Of a DNA stretch of 64,000 nucleotides, positions 59,458 to 64,000 are shown piece after piece (position 1 is the stretch's first letter; each line of letters begins with the position of its first letter). A program made the translations under genes and the position numbers. This stretch comes from an uncultured Rhodothermales bacterium (lineage in GTDB: Bacteria > Bacteroidota > Rhodothermia > Rhodothermales > VXPQ01). The DNA lies in contig CAZSNF010000015.1 in NCBI GenBank assembly GCA_964608315.1, positions 11,911-75,910 on the forward strand. Reading direction: 5' to 3'. The notes beneath the pieces were generated by a model. It had not been told where the DNA came from. It saw only the letters and a list, made by a program, of their open reading frames with translations, and searched no databases.

Positions 59458-60987
59458 ATGCCCGAAAAAATCTTCCGCATATATAATTCGATGACGCGAA
59501 GCACGGAAGTCGTCGAGCCTGCGCAGCCCGGGCGCCTGCGGTTCTATGCGTGCGGCCCGACGGTCTATTCCTATGCGCATATCGGGAATTTCCGGTCCTT
59601 CCTGACCGCGGACCTCGTGCTTCGAACCGCGCAAGCCATTGGATGGAAAACCGCCTACGTAACCAACATTACGGACGTAGGCCATCTGACCGAAGACGAC
59701 GTCGCGGACGCCGAAGGGGAAGACCGCATGACGAAAGCGCTGCGGTCCAAAGAAGGGGAGCGCTTTGCGAATATCTGGGACCTGGCGCGCTATTACGCGA
59801 ACATTCTGCTGTCCGACTGGCAAGCGCTCAATCTCCGCGAACCCGATGTGCGCCCGCGCGCCACGGACCATGTCGCACAGCAAATCCGGGACATCGCCCG
59901 GCTCCTCGAAAAAGGCCATGCCTACGAAACTGCGCAGGGCGTGTATTTTTCGGTGGCGTCCTTCCCGGATTACGGCAAATTGTCCGGCAATGTGCTGGCG
60001 AATCAACTGGACGAAGGCGTTCGGGACGTCGTGCAGGACCCGGAAAAACGGGATGCGCGCGATTTTGCCCTGTGGAAAAAAGACCCCGACCACCTTATGG
60101 TATGGCACAGTCCGTGGGGCTGGGGCTTCCCGGGATGGCACATCGAATGCTCCACCATGGCGCAAACCTATCTGGGCGAATCGTTCGATCTTCACACAGG
60201 AGGCGAAGACAACAAATTCCCCCACCACGAATGCGAAATCGCGCAAGCCGAATGTCTTTCCGGCAAGCCTTTCGCGCGGTATTGGCTCCACACGCGCTTC
60301 CTGCAAGTGGAAGGAGAAAAAATGGCCAAGAGCGCGGGGAATTTCTTTACCGTGCGCGAACTCGTTGGACCCGATTCGGAAGGAGGGCGCGGCGTACACC
60401 CCCTTGCCCTCCGCCTGGCGCTGATTTCGGGGCAATACCGGAAGCCCCTGAATTTCACGTTCGATCAACTGTTGGCGTGCGCCCGGCATATTCAGCGGTT
60501 CGAGGAGGCCGCAAGCCTGGCGGAACAGGGCGTCGTCCGCAACGACCCCGGCAAGGACCTGCTTCGGGAACCGCTTGACCGCTTGTACGAACAGGCGCTG
60601 GACGCCATGCTGGACGATCTGAACACGCCGGAGGCCATTGCCGCCGCTATCGAAGGCGCGAAATTGATCTTGCGAGGCGGGCGAACCATCAGCGGCGCAG
60701 CGGCGCGATCCGCTCAAAACTGGCTGGAAAAAATCAACGACCTGCTGGGCGTCGTGGAACGGGAAACGCCGCAAGAAGCCGCGCAAACCACCGATTCCGC
60801 CGTCGTGGAGGATGCATTCGCCCGGCAAGTGGAAGACCTGTTGGGCCAACGCGCCGACGCCCGCGCGCAACGCGATTTTCACCGGGCAGACGCAATCCGG
60901 GACCAACTCGCCGAAATGCAGGTCGAAATTATGGACGCCCCGGAAGGTACGCGATGGCGGCGCAAAATAACGAGCCCTGTTTCCTGA
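59458..60987 (+). CDS. cysS: Cysteine--tRNA ligase.
   Basis: Starts [15 protein letters not shown] (ATG verified at 59458), with the HIGN motif (YAHIGNFRS) and KMAKS. The track start at 59266 reads through the repeat. Confidence 0.95.
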   Translation: MPEKIFRIYNSMTRSTEVVEPAQPGRLRFYACGPTVYSYAHIGNFRSFLTADLVLRTAQAIGWKTAYVTNITDVGHLTEDDVADAEGEDRMTKALRSKEGERFANIWDLARYYANILLSDWQALNLREPDVRPRATDHVAQQIRDIARLLEKGHAYETAQGVYFSVASFPDYGKLSGNVLANQLDEGVRDVVQDPEKRDARDFALWKKDPDHLMVWHSPWGWGFPGWHIECSTMAQTYLGESFDLHTGGEDNKFPHHECEIAQAECLSGKPFARYWLHTRFLQVEGEKMAKSAGNFFTVRELVGPDSEGGRGVHPLALRLALISGQYRKPLNFTFDQLLACARHIQRFEEAASLAEQGVVRNDPGKDLLREPLDRLYEQALDAMLDDLNTPEAIAAAIEGAKLILRGGRTISGAAARSAQNWLEKINDLLGVVERETPQEAAQTTDSAVVEDAFARQVEDLLGQRADARAQRDFHRADAIRDQLAEMQVEIMDAPEGTRWRRKITSPVS

Positions 60988-61020
60988 CGCATTTTCCGCG
61001 CCGCCCGGCGCCCGTATTTC

Positions 61021-62019
61021 ATGCGCATCCGCCCGCGACGGTTAAGAGCGAACCCCGGCGTCCGCCGACTTGCCCGGGAAACCCGCCTGGACGCCGACTG
61101 CCTGGCGGCGCCCCTGTTTGTCGTGGAAGGCAAGGGAATTCGCGAGGAAATTCCGTCCATGCCGGGACAATGCCGGATGAGCCTCGACGTTATGGCCGAG
61201 GAAGTGCGCGAACTGGCCGACCTGGGCATTCCGGCCATTGCGCTCTTTCCGAAAATAGACGATGCGCTGAAAGATGCGCGCGGAAGCGCCTCGCTGGATC
61301 CGGAAGGCCTCGTTCCGCGCGCCATTCAAGCAGCCCGGGAGGCCGCAGGGCACATGCTGATCGTCGCGGACGTGGCCCTGGACCCCTATTCTTCGGACGG
61401 CCACGACGGAATCGTTCGGCAAGGACGCATACAAAACGACGCCACGCTGGACGTGCTGGCCCGCATGGCGACCGTGCAGGCAAGCGCAGGAGCGGATATC
61501 GTAGCCCCGTCGGATATGATGGACGGGCGCGTGGGAGCGATACGGGATGCGCTGGACGCCGCCGGGCATACGGACGTCGCCATCCTGTCGTACACGGCCA
61601 AGTACGCCTCTGCTTTCTACGGCCCTTTCCGGGACGCGCTTGATTCGGCTCCGCGGACAAACAAAAACATCCCCGGCGACAAAAAGACGTACCAGATGGA
61701 CCCCGCCAACGGCGAGGAAGCGCTTCGCGAACTTGATCTGGACCTTGCGGAAGGAGCCGACATGGTCATGGTCAAACCGGCGATCCCGTACCTGGACGTG
61801 ATATACCGCCTGCGCCGGCGCTCGACCGTTCCCGTGGCGGCGTACCATGTAAGCGGAACGTACGCCATGCTTTGCGCCGCCGCGCAAAACGGATGGATCG
61901 ACCGGGAGAAAGCCCTGATGGAATCGCTCGTCGCCATCCGGCGGGCCGGAGCCGACGTCATTCTGACGTATTTCGCCAAAGAAGCCGCCAAACTCTTGCG
62001 CCTTGCGCCGAACCCATGA
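61021..62019 (+). CDS. hemB: Porphobilinogen synthase (delta-aminolevulinate dehydratase).
   Basis: RPRRLR, DVALDPYSSDGHDG, MVKPA and YHVSGTYAM. Confidence 0.93.
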   Translation: MRIRPRRLRANPGVRRLARETRLDADCLAAPLFVVEGKGIREEIPSMPGQCRMSLDVMAEEVRELADLGIPAIALFPKIDDALKDARGSASLDPEGLVPRAIQAAREAAGHMLIVADVALDPYSSDGHDGIVRQGRIQNDATLDVLARMATVQASAGADIVAPSDMMDGRVGAIRDALDAAGHTDVAILSYTAKYASAFYGPFRDALDSAPRTNKNIPGDKKTYQMDPANGEEALRELDLDLAEGADMVMVKPAIPYLDVIYRLRRRSTVPVAAYHVSGTYAMLCAAAQNGWIDREKALMESLVAIRRAGADVILTYFAKEAAKLLRLAPNP

Positions 62020-62543
62020 CTGAAACCCGTGAAACGATTCGCATTGTCCCCCTTGATTACAGCCATCTGGGCGGCGGACTGAGCCGCATGATGGACCGCT
62101 TCCGCGACGAAGGCACGCTGACCGGCGAACCCGATGCGGACGATTTCTTGCGAAATAGCGCGGCGGGCGTATTGCTCGGCCTGCTGTACGATCAGCGCGT
62201 ACGAGCTGAATACGCCTTTACCGGACCCATACGCCTCCATGACCGCCTCGGTCATCTGGACCTGTCCCGGATTGCGGGCATGGAGCCGGAGGAATTGCAA
62301 ACCCTGTTCGCGGAAACGCCGGCGGTGCATCGCTTCACCAACAAGATGGCCGACTACACGCAGCAGGCGGCCCGCTTTGTGGCGGACCGGTACGAAGGAG
62401 ACGCCGCCCGTATCTGGAACGACGGCGCGCCCTTTCCCGAAATAGAAAAACGGGTGCGCGCGCTGCCGGGATTCGGGGCGCTCAAGGCCTCCAAAATGAA
62501 GTTCGTATTGCACTACTTCGGGTACCGCGACTTCTCGGAGTAA
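62016..62543 (+). CDS. HhH-GPD-type base-excision-repair-like protein.
   Basis: 175 aa from ATG 62016, which overlaps the hemB stop (ATGA). The LLGLLYDQRVRAEYAF...PAVHRF pattern is recalled from this family and is unverified. Confidence 0.5.
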   Translation: MTETRETIRIVPLDYSHLGGGLSRMMDRFRDEGTLTGEPDADDFLRNSAAGVLLGLLYDQRVRAEYAFTGPIRLHDRLGHLDLSRIAGMEPEELQTLFAETPAVHRFTNKMADYTQQAARFVADRYEGDAARIWNDGAPFPEIEKRVRALPGFGALKASKMKFVLHYFGYRDFSE

Positions 62544-62660
62544 ATTCGGCGCGCCTTCGCGTGCGCTTGTTTCCGCGCCTTTGCGCCTCGTCCGCGTACG
62601 CGTTGACGATCCAGCGGCGCATGGCTTTCGGGAACGCTGCGGCCGAATGGCGACCAACCG

Positions 62661-64000
62661 TCACCGCTTCCAGAACGCCGGCGCCAGCAGGATGAGCACG
62701 GTGAACAACTCGAGCCGACCGGCCATCATCAGGAAGGAAAGCGCCCACTTCCCAAGCGCCGGAATGTGGGCGTAATTACCGGCGGGGCCCACCGAGCCGA
62801 AGGCCGGGCCGATATTGCCGATACTGGCGATGGCGGCGCTAAACGCGCTCAGCAGGTCCAGGCCCAGCACGAACATGATCATCGTGCCCAGCCCCACGCC
62901 GCCCACATAAAGCACCACGAACGAAAGCACATTGCTCATAATATCCCGGGGAACGACGTCGCCGCCCAGGCGCACGTGAATAACCGCCGCGGGATGCAGC
63001 AATTGCCGGATTTCCCGAAAGGAATTCTTGAACATCAGCATGTGCCGGATAATCTTGACCCCGCCGGACGTCGATCCCGCCATGCCCCCGCAAAAAAACA
63101 GCAGGAAGACGACGCCTGCGGCGAGCGGCGGCCAGAGCTGATAATCGACTGTGGCGTACCCGGTGGTCGTCATGATGGAAACCACCTGAAACGCGGCGTG
63201 GCGCAGGGCGTCGGACAACGACTCGTGCCGGTCGAACGCGCCGGCTTCGCCCTCCACCCACGGCATGGCGGGGCCCGCCGCGCTCCACACCCCGACGCCG
63301 ACGAGAAAAATCGCCGCGAGCGCAATAGCGGCGTACACCCGAAACTCGGCGTCCCGGAAAAGAACGCGAGGGCGGCCCTTCAGCAGGTGGTAATGCAGCA
63401 CGAAATTCATGCCCCCGATAAACATGAACGCGATGATCACCCACTCCACGTACGCAGAACCATAGGCCCCGATCGAGTCGTCCTGCGTGGAGAACCCGGC
63501 GGTGGCCATGGTGGTGAACGCATGATTAACGCTGTCGAAAAGGGACATGGCCGGCAGCAGGAACAACACCTGGAGCGCGGTGAAACCGACGTAAATAAAC
63601 CACAAGCGCCGGGCGGTCTCGCGTACGCGGGGCGTAATCTTGTCTGCGGACGGCCCTGGCGCTTCCGCCTTGAAAAGTTGCATGCCGCCTATGCCCAGAA
63701 TGGGCAGAATCGCCAGGGTAAGCACGATAATGCCCATGCCCCCCAGCCACTGCATCAGGCTGCGCCAGAACAAAAAAGCATGGGGAAGTTCTGAAATAGC
63801 CGGGTTCCCCCCGCCGCCGAGAATGGAGGCGCCGGTCGTGGTGAACCCGCTCATCGTTTCAAAAAAAGCGTCGGCCCAGGAATCCAGCGCCCCGCCGAGC
63901 ACAAAGGGAACCGAGCCGACCAGCGACAACGCAAGCCAGGAAAGCGCAACCACGGCGAATCCTTCCCGTATACCCAAATACCCGGAGAAATCCCTCAGGC
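62661..64000 (-). CDS. trkH: TrkH/KtrB-family potassium uptake permease. The N-terminus probably lies beyond the window end.
   Basis: Multi-TM protein with repeated selectivity-filter-like segments (TTTGAS, TTGYAT, IGNIGP). The frame stays open upstream of the TTG at 63977 to position 64000. Confidence 0.85.
   Translation of the reverse strand, partial: LRDFSGYLGIREGFAVVALSWLALSLVGSVPFVLGGALDSWADAFFETMSGFTTTGASILGGGGNPAISELPHAFLFWRSLMQWLGGMGIIVLTLAILPILGIGGMQLFKAEAPGPSADKITPRVRETARRLWFIYVGFTALQVLFLLPAMSLFDSVNHAFTTMATAGFSTQDDSIGAYGSAYVEWVIIAFMFIGGMNFVLHYHLLKGRPRVLFRDAEFRVYAAIALAAIFLVGVGVWSAAGPAMPWVEGEAGAFDRHESLSDALRHAAFQVVSIMTTTGYATVDYQLWPPLAAGVVFLLFFCGGMAGSTSGGVKIIRHMLMFKNSFREIRQLLHPAAVIHVRLGGDVVPRDIMSNVLSFVVLYVGGVGLGTMIMFVLGLDLLSAFSAAIASIGNIGPAFGSVGPAGNYAHIPALGKWALSFLMMAGRLELFTVLILLAPAFWKR

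Overview
High-GC bacterial chromosomal window, mostly housekeeping genes. A T9SS C-terminal sorting domain, a CarboxypepD_reg-type TonB receptor and the gene order suggest Bacteroidota/Rhodothermota (inference only). Plus-strand blocks: an RsbU/RsbV/RsbW-like partner-switching module, tRNA-Val, thrS-infC-rpmI-rplT-pheS-pheT-zapA, a 1504-aa Calx-beta/T9SS surface protein, yidD-moaB, and cysS-hemB. Minus-strand blocks: ubiE, a putative metal-uptake cluster (TonB receptor plus His-rich lipoprotein), def-ruvX-HU-relA/spoT, and an almost complete str-S10-spc-alpha ribosomal superoperon (rpsL to rplQ) preceded by hisI-pyk, a TPR/SPOR lipoprotein and ftsH. No rRNA, CRISPR, prophage or autonomous IS was seen. 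Many long antisense ORFs in the track are high-GC artefacts. The most unusual signal is a dense, modular family of MITE-like repeats, at 18 or more loci in 64 kb. Three copies are full length (253-254 bp). They have 19-bp terminal inverted repeats (GGAWMCTCTGATTAA...), 4-bp TTAA/TTAG target-site duplications and two nested long stem-loops. There are also many partial copies, mini-palindromes and solo ends. They sit at gene boundaries, often supply or abut stop codons, have invaded the ribosomal protein operons (rplW|rplB, rplR|rpsE, rpsN|rpsH, secY|map) and flank the tRNA. Other notable points: a lipoprotein gene wedged between rpsJ and rplC; no infA between map and rpmJ; an (AG)22 microsatellite in an AT-rich divergent promoter region upstream of the adhesin; a 690-bp-period tandem duplication inside that adhesin (653 bp identical by eye); and a sigma70-like promoter with an overlapping palindrome upstream of the metal cluster.
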